From Bacteroidetes bacterium RIFCSPLOWO2_12_FULL_35_15 (GTDB lineage Bacteria; Bacteroidota; Bacteroidia; 2-12-FULL-35-15), in contig MEPB01000025.1 of NCBI GenBank assembly GCA_001769385.1, forward strand, positions 10,707-74,706: a stretch of DNA of 64,000 nucleotides. The letters run 5' to 3'. The notes under the pieces are model-generated. The model was not told where the DNA came from. It searched no databases and saw only the letters and a list, made by a program, of their open reading frames with translations. Each line of letters starts with the position of its first letter. The stretch's first letter is position 1. Of the stretch, positions 26,909 to 37,286 are shown piece after piece. The translations under genes were made by a program, and so were the position numbers.

Positions 26909-27211
26909 TTACTTATATCCCACAATTTCCAACACGACTGCTTTTGCTTCAATATCCAAACCATTGCGTAAAGTTAATAAACTTCCTTGTTTTAAGTAGT
27001 GACCAAATCCATGGGGTGCAAAAAGTACAGCATTTAAAACGGCACTTTCTCCGGGTTCAATTGGTTTTTTGTATAATTCGATCTGGCATTCTGTGGAATA
27101 ACTTTTGGCTCCTTTGCAGTATGCTTGTGGTCTGTAAATACCCATTAACTCATATTTACTCAGGTTTTCGATAAGCAATTTTACAATGAGATATTTTTTG
27201 AGATAAACCAT
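26909..27211 (-). CDS. stand-alone EF-Tu domain-3-like beta-barrel miniprotein
   Basis: 100 aa. GIYRPQAYCK...IEL...PGESAVLNAVLFAP...G..LTLRNG...EAKAVVLEIVG aligns by eye with the EF-Tu C-terminal domain (GYRPQFYFRTTDVTGTIEL..MPGDN..M.V.LI.P......RFAIREGGRTVGAGVV). 5 nt upstream of the ORF6N ORF. Confidence 0.5.
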   Translation of the reverse strand: MVYLKKYLIVKLLIENLSKYELMGIYRPQAYCKGAKSYSTECQIELYKKPIEPGESAVLNAVLFAPHGFGHYLKQGSLLTLRNGLDIEAKAVVLEIVGYK

Positions 27212-27297
27212 TTTTTGTTTGAGTCAAGATTAAGAACCAGGACCCAAGATTTTTAACCTGTCTTGATTCTTTTTTCTTGGATCTCATATCTTGATTC

Positions 27298-28638
27298 TTA
27301 AATATGTTTCAATATTTCCTTCTCCACTTCTTCGCTGTTCCATTTTTGTTCAATATCAGGAAATTTAGCCATTACATTTTGCATGATCTCATCTTGTTTC
27401 TGACCCACTCGCCATGCTTCAGAATATCTGATATTACTAAAAGTTACCTGGCTGTATAATGGCATCCATTTGTCGGGGTGTTTTTCAGAAAAGTGGGCTT
27501 CAATTTTCTTTTGCAATAAAAATTTCGGGTCTGAAACATGATCCCTCATCACCAGGTAATTGTGTAAGGATAAGTCCTGAACACCATCGCCATCAGGTTT
27601 ACGGAGAATCTGATATTCTTCAAAAACGGTAGGCCAATCTTCCTTATGCTTTTGCATCAATTGCCACATAACGGTGCAATCTTCAAAACCGCAATTCATG
27701 CCTTGTCCGTAAAACGGAACAGTAGCATGTGCTGCATCGCCCATCAATGCTGTTTTTCCGTGTGTCCAGGGGTAGCAGCGAATGATTGCCAAAGATGATA
27801 AAGGATGATTGCCCCATTTATCCGCAATATCGGGCATCATATTGTAAAAATCAGGAAATGTAGTTTTGAAAAAATTGCTTACATCTTCCGATGTTTTTAA
27901 TGATTCGAACGATTTTTCTCCTTTCATTGGCATGAATAAAGTACAGGTAAATGAACCGTCTTCATTGGGTAATGCAATCAACATGAATCTACCGCGAGGC
28001 CAGATATGCAATGCATTTTTTTCTATAGGATAAGTTCCATCCGGGTTTGCAGGAAGTAAAATTTCACGATACCCATCATCAATAAACCGTTGACTGTAAT
28101 CAAATCGTTCCAGCTTTTGCATCGCGTTATATCGCACAGCGGAAAATGCGCCATCAGCAGCAAATACAACATCTGCTTTGTATTCTTTTTTTACACCGGT
28201 TTCGGTGTTTTCTGTATAAACAATTCCATTTACCAGATCAGCATCCACACATTTTTCATTATAGAAAATGGTTGCCTTTCCAACCTCTTCGGCAATGTCC
28301 ATCATTTTTGCATTGAGTCCGCCACGAGAAACAGAATAGATGGCCTGGCCTTCTTTTCCATACGGTTGATACGATAAATTCCCCTGCAGGTCATGCATCA
28401 TTCGTCCGGTCATTGGAATGGCCATTTTTCTAATCTCATCACCGATCCCAACTGTATCGAGTGCTTTCCAGCCCCTGTCGGATGTTGCCAGATTAATTGA
28501 TTTTCCTGCTGTAATTTCAGCTTTCCGGATATCCGGTCTGCGTTCAACAATTGTAACTTTGTATCCTGCTTTTGATAAATATACTGCCCATAATGAACCT
28601 ACCAATCCTGCTCCAACTATTGTTGCTGTTTTACCCAT
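27298..28638 (-). CDS. kmo: kynurenine 3-monooxygenase (FAD-dependent)
   Basis: IVGAGLVGSLWAVYLSKAGYKVTIVERRPD dinucleotide fold, GDAAHATVPFYGQGMNCGFEDC motif. ATG at 28638 overlaps the upstream gene by 8 nt. Confidence 0.9.
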   Translation of the reverse strand: MGKTATIVGAGLVGSLWAVYLSKAGYKVTIVERRPDIRKAEITAGKSINLATSDRGWKALDTVGIGDEIRKMAIPMTGRMMHDLQGNLSYQPYGKEGQAIYSVSRGGLNAKMMDIAEEVGKATIFYNEKCVDADLVNGIVYTENTETGVKKEYKADVVFAADGAFSAVRYNAMQKLERFDYSQRFIDDGYREILLPANPDGTYPIEKNALHIWPRGRFMLIALPNEDGSFTCTLFMPMKGEKSFESLKTSEDVSNFFKTTFPDFYNMMPDIADKWGNHPLSSLAIIRCYPWTHGKTALMGDAAHATVPFYGQGMNCGFEDCTVMWQLMQKHKEDWPTVFEEYQILRKPDGDGVQDLSLHNYLVMRDHVSDPKFLLQKKIEAHFSEKHPDKWMPLYSQVTFSNIRYSEAWRVGQKQDEIMQNVMAKFPDIEQKWNSEEVEKEILKHI

Positions 28639-29281
28639 GTTTATTTTTCTGAAATTTTTTTGCAATTTTATATTTATCCAATAATCCTTCTTTTGCTTTC
28701 AATTTTTCAATTGATGTATTCAATCTTTTAATCCGTGTTTCTTCTTTCTTTGCATCTTCGATCCACATGACATATTCTTTGCGATGCGAATATGCCAGGT
28801 TTTCAAAGTAAGGCAACAATTTATTTTTTGATAATAATTTTTTGAAATCAATAGGAATAATAACTGTTTTATCTTTTGTTTCCGTAATTTTTATTCCTTT
28901 CGAATTATTTTTTACGGATTCTTGAATGTACTCAATTAATATTTTTTCATTTACCTCTTTAATGTCGCTGAACTTGATGTGGCGGTTGTGCAGGTTGCCT
29001 GGATTCGATTTAAGAACCTTGTGTTTATCTTTCAATAAAGCACCCTGAAAAAATACAAATGTCACATATTTTTTAAAGTGCCAGTAACCGCAAACCATTC
29101 CATCTGAATAATAATTTGGTCCCCATTTCCAATCTTCTATAATTTTCGGTTCTGCAGTAAATATTACGGAACGTAATTTTTTACAAATGTCTTGTGCAAA
29201 AGGTTCGGCTTTGCTGATAGCATCGTCAATTAAAAATTTTGCATCGGAATTGTGTTTTATTTTTGCCATGTTTTTAATCAA
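28631..29281 (-). CDS. DUF1801 + YdeI/OmpD-associated-type two-domain protein
   Basis: N-terminal half resembles DUF1801 (…WKWGPNYY.DGMVCGYW.FKKYVTFVFFQGALL). C-terminal half resembles YdeI (…FENLAYSHRKEYVMWIEDAKKEETRIKRL). Alternative ATG at 29269. Confidence 0.65.
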   Translation of the reverse strand: MIKNMAKIKHNSDAKFLIDDAISKAEPFAQDICKKLRSVIFTAEPKIIEDWKWGPNYYSDGMVCGYWHFKKYVTFVFFQGALLKDKHKVLKSNPGNLHNRHIKFSDIKEVNEKILIEYIQESVKNNSKGIKITETKDKTVIIPIDFKKLLSKNKLLPYFENLAYSHRKEYVMWIEDAKKEETRIKRLNTSIEKLKAKEGLLDKYKIAKKFQKNKHG

Positions 29282-29286
29282 AAAAA

Positions 29287-30555
29287 TTACAATGCGTTTT
29301 TCAAAATTTCACCAAAACGAAATACATCTACAAACGAATTATATAAAGGAACAGGAGCACATCGTATTACATTAGGTTCGCGCCAATCAGCAATAACACC
29401 TGCTTCCATTAATTTATTGAACAATTCTTTTTCCCTGCCATGTGCAATGATTGATAACTGACAACCTCTTTGTTTTTTATCTTTCGGGGTAATTATTTCT
29501 AATTTATTTGTGAGTGTTTTATTTATTTCTTCAATAATAAATTCTAAATATCCTGTTAGTTTTTCAGTTTTAGCAACCAAAGCATCCATTCCCACTTCAT
29601 CAAATATATCAACAGCAGCTTTATGTGCGGCCATTGAAAAAATAGGAGCATTGCTCATTTGCCAAGCCTCTGCAGTAGCCATGGGGATAAAACCTTTTTC
29701 CATTTTAAAGCGAGTTTTTTTATCATGCCCCCACCATCCGGCAAATCTGGGAATTGATGGATCATTTAAATGGCGTTCATTGATGTATATTCCAGAAACT
29801 CCACCCGGACCGGAGTTTAAATATTTATAACTGCACCAGCAAGCAAAATCAACCTTCCAATCATGTAAATGTAATTTTAAATTTCCTGCAGCATGTGCCA
29901 GATCAAAACCAACGAATGCACCAATTTTATGTCCGGCTTCGGTTATTGCTCTCATATCAAATACCTGCCCGGTATAATAATTTACTCCACCAAACAATAT
30001 CAAGGCAAGAGAATCTTTGTTTTTTTCAATTGCCAATAAAATATCTTCATGCCGGATGCAATATTCGCCTTCGCGTGGGCTGACTTCAATAATCGCATCA
30101 TCAGGGTCTAATCCATGGAATTTCACCTGTGTTTCCAAAGCGTATTGATCACTTGGAAATGCTTTTGCTTCGCAGAGTATTTTGTAACGTGTTTTAGTCG
30201 GCCGATAAAAACTAACCATCAATAAATGCAAATTAAGTGTTAGCTGATTCATTACTACCACTTCTTCAGGTTTTGCACCTACAATTTTTGAAATAGGTTC
30301 GGCAAATTGTTCATGATAATTCATCCAGGGTTTACGTGCATGAAAATGCCCTTCCACTCCAAATGTGGCCCAATCTTCCAATTCATTTAATATGTATTCT
30401 TGTGTGGTTTTGGGTTGCAGGCCCAATGAATTTCCGGTGAAATAAATTGTTTCGCGCCCATGCATCATCGGAAAATAAAACTTTTCGCGGTAGCTTTTTA
30501 AAGGGTCATTTGCATCTTGTTGTTTTGCAAATTCGATTGTATTTTCGTATGTCAT
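29287..30555 (-). CDS. kynU: kynureninase
   Basis: 422 aa; [30 protein letters not shown] (PLP-Lys region), RFAGWWGH motifs. Confidence 0.93.
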   Translation of the reverse strand: MTYENTIEFAKQQDANDPLKSYREKFYFPMMHGRETIYFTGNSLGLQPKTTQEYILNELEDWATFGVEGHFHARKPWMNYHEQFAEPISKIVGAKPEEVVVMNQLTLNLHLLMVSFYRPTKTRYKILCEAKAFPSDQYALETQVKFHGLDPDDAIIEVSPREGEYCIRHEDILLAIEKNKDSLALILFGGVNYYTGQVFDMRAITEAGHKIGAFVGFDLAHAAGNLKLHLHDWKVDFACWCSYKYLNSGPGGVSGIYINERHLNDPSIPRFAGWWGHDKKTRFKMEKGFIPMATAEAWQMSNAPIFSMAAHKAAVDIFDEVGMDALVAKTEKLTGYLEFIIEEINKTLTNKLEIITPKDKKQRGCQLSIIAHGREKELFNKLMEAGVIADWREPNVIRCAPVPLYNSFVDVFRFGEILKNAL

Positions 30556-30646
30556 AGCTTCTTATTCAAATCGCGCCTCAGCGTCTTCGCAGTAAAAATA
30601 AACGGGAAGACAAAATTTGCACAAATTTTTGTAACGTTCAAAGATA

Positions 30647-30654
30647 TATATTTG
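30647..30654 (+). promoter_or_regulatory. Bacteroidota -7 box (TATATTTG) upstream of hemL
   Basis: TAnnTTTG match 20 nt upstream of the ATG at 30675, with TTTG at 30628..30631. Confidence 0.45.
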
Positions 30655-30674
30655 CACTCTAATATTTTTAATTT

Positions 30675-31967
30675 ATGAAACGAGAAAAATCAGAAGCTTT
30701 ATTTGAAAAGGCAAAAAAATATTTTCCGGGAGGAGTGAATTCTCCGGTACGTGCATTCCGTTCTGTTGGCGGCACACCATTGTTTATTGAACGAGGAAAA
30801 GGTTCGCATATCTGGGATGCTGATGGGAACGAATTTATTGATTATTGCGGCTCCTGGGGGCCATTGATCCTTGGTCATGCAAATGATAAAGTAATAGAAG
30901 CTATTAAAAAAACGGTTGAAAAAGGAAGTTCGTTTGGCGCACCAACAGCATTGGAGAATGATCTGGCTGAATTGATCTTAAGTAATAATAAATTCATTCA
31001 AAAAATTCGTTTTGTGAGTTCTGGTACAGAAGCTGTGATGAGTGCCATTCGCCTGGCACGTGGATATACAAAGCGAAATAAAATTTTAAAATTCGAAGGT
31101 TGTTACCATGGTCATAGCGATTCATTATTAGTAAAAGCCGGGTCCGGATTGGTAACATTTGGTAACACCTCATCAGCCGGTGTTCCCGAAAGTTTTGTGA
31201 ATGAAACAATTGTTGTTTCCCTGAACAATGAGCAAGCCGTGAAACAAGCATTTTCCGAATTTAAAGATCAGATCGCATGTATTATTATTGAACCAATTCC
31301 TGCGAATAATGGCTTGCTGATTCAACGAAAAGAATACTTGCAATTTCTGCGTGAGATCTGCACAGAAAATAAAACTTTATTGATTTTTGATGAAGTAATA
31401 AACGGTTTTCGTATAGGATTTACTGGTGCTGCAGGTTATTATAACATTCAACCGGATATCATCACGTACGGGAAAATTATTGGTGGTGGTTTGCCTGTTG
31501 GCATGTATGGAGCCAGTGCAGAGATCATGAGTCATATTTCTCCGGAAGGAGATGTGTATCAGGCCGGAACATTAAGTGGGAATCCTGTAGCAATGGCTGC
31601 CGGAATTGCTCAGCTGACGGAATGTTTGAAACCAAATTTTTATGAGGAATTAGAACGCAAAACTCAGTTTTTAATTAAGAATATTTTCTCAAGTCTCAAA
31701 TCTCAAGTCTCAAATCTCAAAATATTTTCAATAGGTTCCATCTTTTATGTTGCATTTACTGATAAGGAAGTTCTTAGAAGTGCCGAAGAAATCGATGCTG
31801 ATTCCATGAAATATTTCAGAGTGTTACACAAAGAATTATTGGAGCGCGGAGTTTACCTTGGTCCATCAGGATATGAAGTTGGTTTTGTTTGTGAAGCACA
31901 TACGGAATCAGATCTTATAAAAACTGCAAAAGCATTTGCAGAAGCATTGGAGATTGCGATAAAATAA
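30675..31967 (+). CDS. hemL: glutamate-1-semialdehyde 2,1-aminomutase
   Basis: GGVNSPVRAF, RFVSSGTEA, FDEV..GFR, YGKIIGGGLPVG (PLP-Lys) motifs; 430 aa. Confidence 0.95.
   Translation: MKREKSEALFEKAKKYFPGGVNSPVRAFRSVGGTPLFIERGKGSHIWDADGNEFIDYCGSWGPLILGHANDKVIEAIKKTVEKGSSFGAPTALENDLAELILSNNKFIQKIRFVSSGTEAVMSAIRLARGYTKRNKILKFEGCYHGHSDSLLVKAGSGLVTFGNTSSAGVPESFVNETIVVSLNNEQAVKQAFSEFKDQIACIIIEPIPANNGLLIQRKEYLQFLREICTENKTLLIFDEVINGFRIGFTGAAGYYNIQPDIITYGKIIGGGLPVGMYGASAEIMSHISPEGDVYQAGTLSGNPVAMAAGIAQLTECLKPNFYEELERKTQFLIKNIFSSLKSQVSNLKIFSIGSIFYVAFTDKEVLRSAEEIDADSMKYFRVLHKELLERGVYLGPSGYEVGFVCEAHTESDLIKTAKAFAEALEIAIK
31687..31722 (+). repeat. 14-bp tandem repeat (2.5 copies) inside hemL coding sequence
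   Basis: TCTCAAGTCTCAAA TCTCAAGTCTCAAA TCTCAAAA; translated as ...SLKSQVSNLKI... in frame. Confidence 0.85.
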
Positions 31968-32032
31968 AATTTCACCCCTTAATCACTTCTCTGAAGGAGA
32001 GAAAGGCGGTTAAAATTCAAAAAATTGTAAAT

Positions 32033-32509
32033 ATGGATAAGTATGATTTCAATTTTGATGATCTTTCAGATGAAGAAAAAGAGGAAATTGAAAAAGAAGA
32101 AAAAGAACGAAGAAAAGCAATTAAAAACAGTCCTTTATATTTAAAAGCTCTTGAAATTTACAACATAGTTAAAGTTATTGTGGAAACTCTTTCAGAGGAA
32201 GACAGAGAAATTTATGGGAGTACTTTATTAGAATCTGCAATTATATTAACGCCCAAAATAGCAGGAGCAATGGGAAGCGAGAGTTGGCTACTGTCTATGC
32301 AAAACGCATCTGTCATTCGGTACCATTCAGAATATTTGCATACAGCTACATCAGGATTAAGAATATTTACAAATACTCAAAAGGAATACGTTCAATTATT
32401 ACGTACGGAAATGGAAGAGTTTCGAGAACTATTTAAAGATTGGGTAAAAACATTCAACAAGCTTGATCGTGAAGAATACGTTGATGAATGGGGTTTATTT
32501 GTAAGGTAA
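32033..32509 (+). CDS. hypothetical protein, acidic N-terminus, helical
   Basis: 158 aa ORF with good coding look and no overlap with neighbours; no family recognised. Confidence 0.5.
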   Translation: MDKYDFNFDDLSDEEKEEIEKEEKERRKAIKNSPLYLKALEIYNIVKVIVETLSEEDREIYGSTLLESAIILTPKIAGAMGSESWLLSMQNASVIRYHSEYLHTATSGLRIFTNTQKEYVQLLRTEMEEFRELFKDWVKTFNKLDREEYVDEWGLFVR

Positions 32510-32520
32510 AATAATCCTTC

Positions 32521-32549
32521 ATCATAACAATCCTAAAAATCCGCGTTCC
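32521..32549 (-). repeat. family 2 repeat unit
   Basis: Minus strand GGAACGCGGATTTTTAGGATTGTTATGAT, closely similar to the units at 52077 and 52198. Confidence 0.6.
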
Positions 32550-32553
32550 GTTT

Positions 32554-33405
32554 TTACAAATAAAAATCCGCAATCATCAAAAGCACTCCTTGCAATATCA
32601 TAGTACCGTCAATGCCTGCAACATAAAAATATTCGCTTCGTTTTGAATTGCTCCTGAAAACAATTACAGTATTTATTAGGGCAGAAATCAGGAGAGCATA
32701 AAAAATGTTCAGGTTAAACATTCCTGAAATAAATTCAAGAATAATTAATAAAATATAAATAAACATGCAGGTATTTGCGAACCATCTTGTTTTTGTTTCA
32801 CCCATCAAATGCGGAATGGTAGAAACACGATCTGCTGCATCAACCAATAGATCACGAACATCGAATGGAATACAAATAGCCAGCATAAAAATAAACCGAA
32901 CTAGAATATGTAACAAATTATGTTGTGTAAAAATCGCGGAAGCATCTAATAAAATTGGTACTACAGCTGTTACCATTGTCCAGACAAGAACAAGGGTAAG
33001 TAATTTAAACCAAGGACTTTTACGTAATTTGATAGCGGGCAAAAAATAGGCAAGTGATAAAATAAGTAATGGCGAAAGATAAAATATGATTTTAAGATCA
33101 TTGAAAAAAAAACTGATACTTACACCTGAAAATCCAATTAATGCAAGAGATTTGATAGTGAACTGGTTTTCAAAGATCCATTTTCTACGGATGGAATGAA
33201 GGCTTTTATCTTGTTGTGGTTTGTAAAAGATCCGTTGAAGATTATATACAAATAGTGTTGAAAAAAAAGCAAGTATGGAATAATTAACTAAATGTTCTTT
33301 TGAATCAATTTGCACAAGAGTGCTTTGTATCAAACATGCTGCGCCTAATGCAACATAGATATTACCAAAAAGAATAAAATCAGAAAATTGTTTAAGAAAT
33401 TTCAA
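32554..33405 (-). CDS. UbiA-prenyltransferase-like polytopic membrane protein
   Basis: 283 aa, 8-9 TM. Second Asp-rich motif-like IPFDVRDLLVDAADRVSTIP. The first Asp-rich motif is not clearly seen. Confidence 0.5.
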   Translation of the reverse strand: MKFLKQFSDFILFGNIYVALGAACLIQSTLVQIDSKEHLVNYSILAFFSTLFVYNLQRIFYKPQQDKSLHSIRRKWIFENQFTIKSLALIGFSGVSISFFFNDLKIIFYLSPLLILSLAYFLPAIKLRKSPWFKLLTLVLVWTMVTAVVPILLDASAIFTQHNLLHILVRFIFMLAICIPFDVRDLLVDAADRVSTIPHLMGETKTRWFANTCMFIYILLIILEFISGMFNLNIFYALLISALINTVIVFRSNSKRSEYFYVAGIDGTMILQGVLLMIADFYL

Positions 33406-33482
33406 GGCTGCGAATTACAAATCGGTACAAATTTACAAATCTTAAATCGAAACTTTTTGTGAGTGGAAGCTAATGAAGAAGT

Positions 33483-34115
33483 TTAATAAAGTTCAGAATC
33501 ATTAGCTTTTAAAATAAAATAAGTTCCTAACCCAACACCTAGTCCGGTGACTCCACCGATCAATGATTTTATTTTTCGTTTTTTACGTCCTACCCGTTCA
33601 TACCCCATCAAATAAGCATCTTGTTTAAGATATTCAATATTAGAAACACATTTTTTTTTAATTTTTATTTTAGGAAGTCCTACTATTGCGGAAAATGCAA
33701 ATGGTGCAATGGGACTTAATAAACTGCCTGTAACGCCTGCTCCTGCGCCAATTAAAAGGTTAGTCCAAAATGCGCCCCTGGCTTTAAAGTTTTTTTGTGC
33801 ATCTTGTTCGCCTTTAATAAAATAACGCATCTCTTCAATTGTAAATTCATTTCCAACAATGGTATCATATTCATAAATCAAAAATTCTCCTTTTTTGTTG
33901 CTGATCGAAAAGATCCGTTCGTTTTCTACAGCAAGGGTTTTTTTGGGATTTTTTGGGTTTTTAAAAACCGTTGTGCCATTTGTAGTGTCGATAACAGTGG
34001 TTACCACAACAGCTCCGTTTAATAACAGAATGGTATCATTATCTGTTTGAGATGCCCCTTTTTTCGAAAATAAAATTTGAAATAAAATAAAAAAGATTAA
34101 AAAATAGGTCTTCAT
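33483..34115 (-). CDS. hypothetical secreted/membrane protein
   Basis: Signal peptide from the ATG at 34115 (MKTYFLIFFILFQILFS), Gly-rich TM segments near the C-terminus; the ORF extends to 34175. Confidence 0.5.
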   Translation of the reverse strand: MKTYFLIFFILFQILFSKKGASQTDNDTILLLNGAVVVTTVIDTTNGTTVFKNPKNPKKTLAVENERIFSISNKKGEFLIYEYDTIVGNEFTIEEMRYFIKGEQDAQKNFKARGAFWTNLLIGAGAGVTGSLLSPIAPFAFSAIVGLPKIKIKKKCVSNIEYLKQDAYLMGYERVGRKKRKIKSLIGGVTGLGVGLGTYFILKANDSELY

Positions 34116-34319
34116 GTCTTTGAGAAATATCATGCTGTGTGTTTTTTCAATTGAATTGGAAATGGGGTAATACAAAAAATAAAGTTACTGTTTTCTCAGA
34201 AACAGAAATCATTTTTTAAAAAATTATGATAAAAATCATGCGGAAGCGCTCATATATTTTTGTTAAATCTCAATTTAAAAACCTATTTCATGTTATATTT
34301 GCTCTCCAAAAAAAATAAA

Positions 34320-37190
34320 ATGATAACAACCGATAAATTTGTAAATCGTCATAACGGTCCACGTGCAAATGATGTAAAAAGTATGCTCAAAAAAATTGGA
34401 GCAGATTCTGTAAATGAATTAATTGATCAAACCATTCCTGCAACTATTCGCTTAAAAAAGCCTTTAAATTTGTTGAAAGGAATGACTGAATATCAATATT
34501 TATCGCATTTACGTGGTATTGCAGCAAAAAATAAAGTTTATAAATCGTATATAGGTTTAGGATATTATAACACCATTCTTCCTGCTGTTATTCAACGTAA
34601 TATTTTAGAAAACCCGGGCTGGTACACAGCTTATACACCTTATCAGGCTGAGATTTCACAAGGTCGTTTGGAAGCATTATTAAATTTCCAAACAATGATC
34701 ATGGATCTTACAGGGATGGAGATCGCAAATGCTTCATTGTTGGATGAAGCTACTGCAGCAGCAGAAGCGATGGCTATGCTGTTCAGCAACCGATCTCGTG
34801 AAGCAGTGAAGGCCGGAGCAAATAAATTTTTTGTTTCCAATGAATGTTTTCCTCAAACGATAGATGTCTTAAAAACCCGTTCCACTCCTTTGGGAATTGA
34901 GGTCGTTGTCGGGGATTTCAAAAATTTTGAATTAAACAATACTATTTATGGGTCTTTGCTTCAGTATCCAACACAAGATGGTAAAGTTTACGACTATGCT
35001 GATTTTGTAAAAAAAGCAAAAGCAAACAATACTGCAATTGCAGTAGCTGCGGATGTTTTGAGTTTGGTGTTATTAACTCCTCCGGGCGAATGGGGTGCCG
35101 ATGTTGTTATTGGTAACACGCAACGTTTTGGTGTGCCAATGGGTTATGGCGGACCTCATGCAGCATTTTTTGCTTGCCGCGAAGAGTATAAACGAATTTT
35201 ACCGGGAAGAATTATTGGTGTTTCTGTTGATGCAGAAGGTAATCATGCATTGCGGATGGCTTTGCAAACACGTGAACAACATATCCGCAGGGATAAAGCA
35301 ACATCAAATATATGTACTGCACAAGCTTTATTAGCAATCATGGCAAGTATGTATGCCGTATATCATGGCCCCGATGGAATGAAAGGAATTGCTGAACAAG
35401 TTCATCTTTCTGCAGTTACCTTAGCAACAGAACTAAAAAAATTAGGATTCAAAATCGAAGAAGGTGTTTTCTTTGATACCATTAAGATCAATGGAACAGA
35501 TAATGCAAAGATCAAACAATTAGCAGAAGCTGTCCATATTAATTTCCGTTATACAGATAATTCAACTTTAATTTCCATTGATCAAACAACAAGCGCAGAA
35601 GATCTAAATGCTATTATTGATGTATTCGCAAAGATTGCCGGTAAAGAAAGTTCAGCAGTATCTGAAGAAATTATTTTTGCACAAAAATCAACTATCCAAT
35701 ATCGCAAATCAGCGATCCTCCAGCATCCAATTTTTAATTCCTTTCATTCGGAATCGGAAATGATGCGTTATATCAAACGTTTGGAAAACAAAGATCTTTC
35801 ACTGACACATTCAATGATTTCATTAGGTTCATGTACAATGAAGTTGAATGCAGCATCTGAATTATTACCAATCACCTGGTCGGAATTTGCAAATATTCAT
35901 CCTTTTGTTCCAATGGATCAAGCATTGGGTTATCAGGAAATAATTTCTGAATTAGATAAATCGTTGAGCGAGATCACAGGTTTTTCGAAAATGAGTTTTC
36001 AGCCAAACTCAGGCGCATCAGGCGAATATGCCGGGTTATTAGTGATTCAGGCTTATCACCAGTCACGTGGTGATGCGCATCGTAACGTTGCTTTAATTCC
36101 AACATCGGCACATGGAACAAATCCTGCAAGTGCAGCGATGGCTGGGATGAAAATTGTATTAGTGAAATGCGATGAAAAAGGAAATATCGATGTAAATGAC
36201 ATGCGCGAAAAAGCAACTCAAAACAAAGATAATTTATCATGTTTAATGGTTACCTACCCAAGTACACATGGTGTTTACGAAGAAAGCATTATTGAAATAA
36301 CAGACATCATTCATCAAAATGGCGGACAGGTTTATATGGATGGCGCCAACATGAATGCACAAGTTGGATTGACAAGTCCGGGAAATATCGGAGCTGATGT
36401 TTGTCACTTGAACTTACATAAAACATTTGCGATACCTCATGGTGGCGGTGGCCCCGGTGTTGGTCCAATAGGGGTTGCAAAGCAATTAGTGCCATTTTTA
36501 CCATCACATTCGGTGGTGAAAGTTGGAGGAGAAAAAGGGATTCATGCTGTTTCTGCTGCTCCTTATGGCAGTGCATTAATCTTGTTGATCTCTTATGGAT
36601 ATATTAAAATGCTTGGTGGCGAAGGATTGGCTGATGCTACACGCATGGCGATCCTCAATGCGAATTATATTAAAGAATCGTTGAAAGATCATTATCCAAC
36701 TTTATATGTTGGTAAAAATGGACGTTGCGCGCACGAAATGATCCTGGACTGTGTTGCATTCAAACGTGAAGGCGGAGTGGAAGTAGGGGATATCGCAAAA
36801 CGATTAATGGATTATGGATATCATGCGCCTACTGTATCTTTTCCCGTGCACGATACCTTAATGATAGAACCTACCGAAAGTGAATCAAAGGAAGAACTGG
36901 ATCGTTTTTGTTCAGCAATGATCGCTATAAAAAATGAAATTGATGAAATAGTTTCCGGAAAATCTGATAAAGAGGATAACGTAATTAAAAATGCACCTCA
37001 TACTGCAAAATCTGTAATAACAGATGATTGGAAGCATAGCTATTCACGCGAAAAAGCTGTTTATCCTTTGAAATGGGTGAAAGACACAAAGTTTTGGCCA
37101 AGTGTAGCAAAAATAGATAATGCTCATGGCGATAGAAACCTTATTTGCGCTTGTCTGCCAATAGAAGCTTACGCTGAAGAGTTAGCTTAA
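34320..37190 (+). CDS. gcvP: glycine dehydrogenase (decarboxylating), glycine cleavage P protein
   Basis: ~956 aa from the ATG at 34320 ([14 protein letters not shown]...). [21 protein letters not shown] and [18 protein letters not shown] (PLP-Lys) motifs. Confidence 0.96.
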   Translation: MITTDKFVNRHNGPRANDVKSMLKKIGADSVNELIDQTIPATIRLKKPLNLLKGMTEYQYLSHLRGIAAKNKVYKSYIGLGYYNTILPAVIQRNILENPGWYTAYTPYQAEISQGRLEALLNFQTMIMDLTGMEIANASLLDEATAAAEAMAMLFSNRSREAVKAGANKFFVSNECFPQTIDVLKTRSTPLGIEVVVGDFKNFELNNTIYGSLLQYPTQDGKVYDYADFVKKAKANNTAIAVAADVLSLVLLTPPGEWGADVVIGNTQRFGVPMGYGGPHAAFFACREEYKRILPGRIIGVSVDAEGNHALRMALQTREQHIRRDKATSNICTAQALLAIMASMYAVYHGPDGMKGIAEQVHLSAVTLATELKKLGFKIEEGVFFDTIKINGTDNAKIKQLAEAVHINFRYTDNSTLISIDQTTSAEDLNAIIDVFAKIAGKESSAVSEEIIFAQKSTIQYRKSAILQHPIFNSFHSESEMMRYIKRLENKDLSLTHSMISLGSCTMKLNAASELLPITWSEFANIHPFVPMDQALGYQEIISELDKSLSEITGFSKMSFQPNSGASGEYAGLLVIQAYHQSRGDAHRNVALIPTSAHGTNPASAAMAGMKIVLVKCDEKGNIDVNDMREKATQNKDNLSCLMVTYPSTHGVYEESIIEITDIIHQNGGQVYMDGANMNAQVGLTSPGNIGADVCHLNLHKTFAIPHGGGGPGVGPIGVAKQLVPFLPSHSVVKVGGEKGIHAVSAAPYGSALILLISYGYIKMLGGEGLADATRMAILNANYIKESLKDHYPTLYVGKNGRCAHEMILDCVAFKREGGVEVGDIAKRLMDYGYHAPTVSFPVHDTLMIEPTESESKEELDRFCSAMIAIKNEIDEIVSGKSDKEDNVIKNAPHTAKSVITDDWKHSYSREKAVYPLKWVKDTKFWPSVAKIDNAHGDRNLICACLPIEAYAEELA

Positions 37191-37229
37191 AAAAATACTC
37201 AAATATTTGGAAATATTAGATTGCTTCTC

Positions 37230-37237
37230 TAGATTTG
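37230..37237 (+). promoter_or_regulatory. Bacteroidota -7 box (TAGATTTG) upstream of the first T9SS paralog
   Basis: TAnnTTTG match ~50 nt upstream of the ATG at 37287. Confidence 0.35.
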
Positions 37238-37286
37238 TATAACTTAAAATTTAAAACTTTAATTAAACCAATAAAAACAAAATCAA

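Noticed and set aside
31687-31722. Short direct repeats considered as a possible CRISPR or minisatellite; also 53363..53390.
   Set aside because: There are only 2-2.5 contiguous copies of 14 bp with no spacers. One lies inside hemL. No cas genes are present in the window.
34176-34319. Possible glycine riboswitch upstream of gcvP.
   Set aside because: The 144-nt leader is very AT-rich. It lacks the conserved GGAGAG...ACCGAAGGGGCAA-type cores of glycine riboswitch aptamers.
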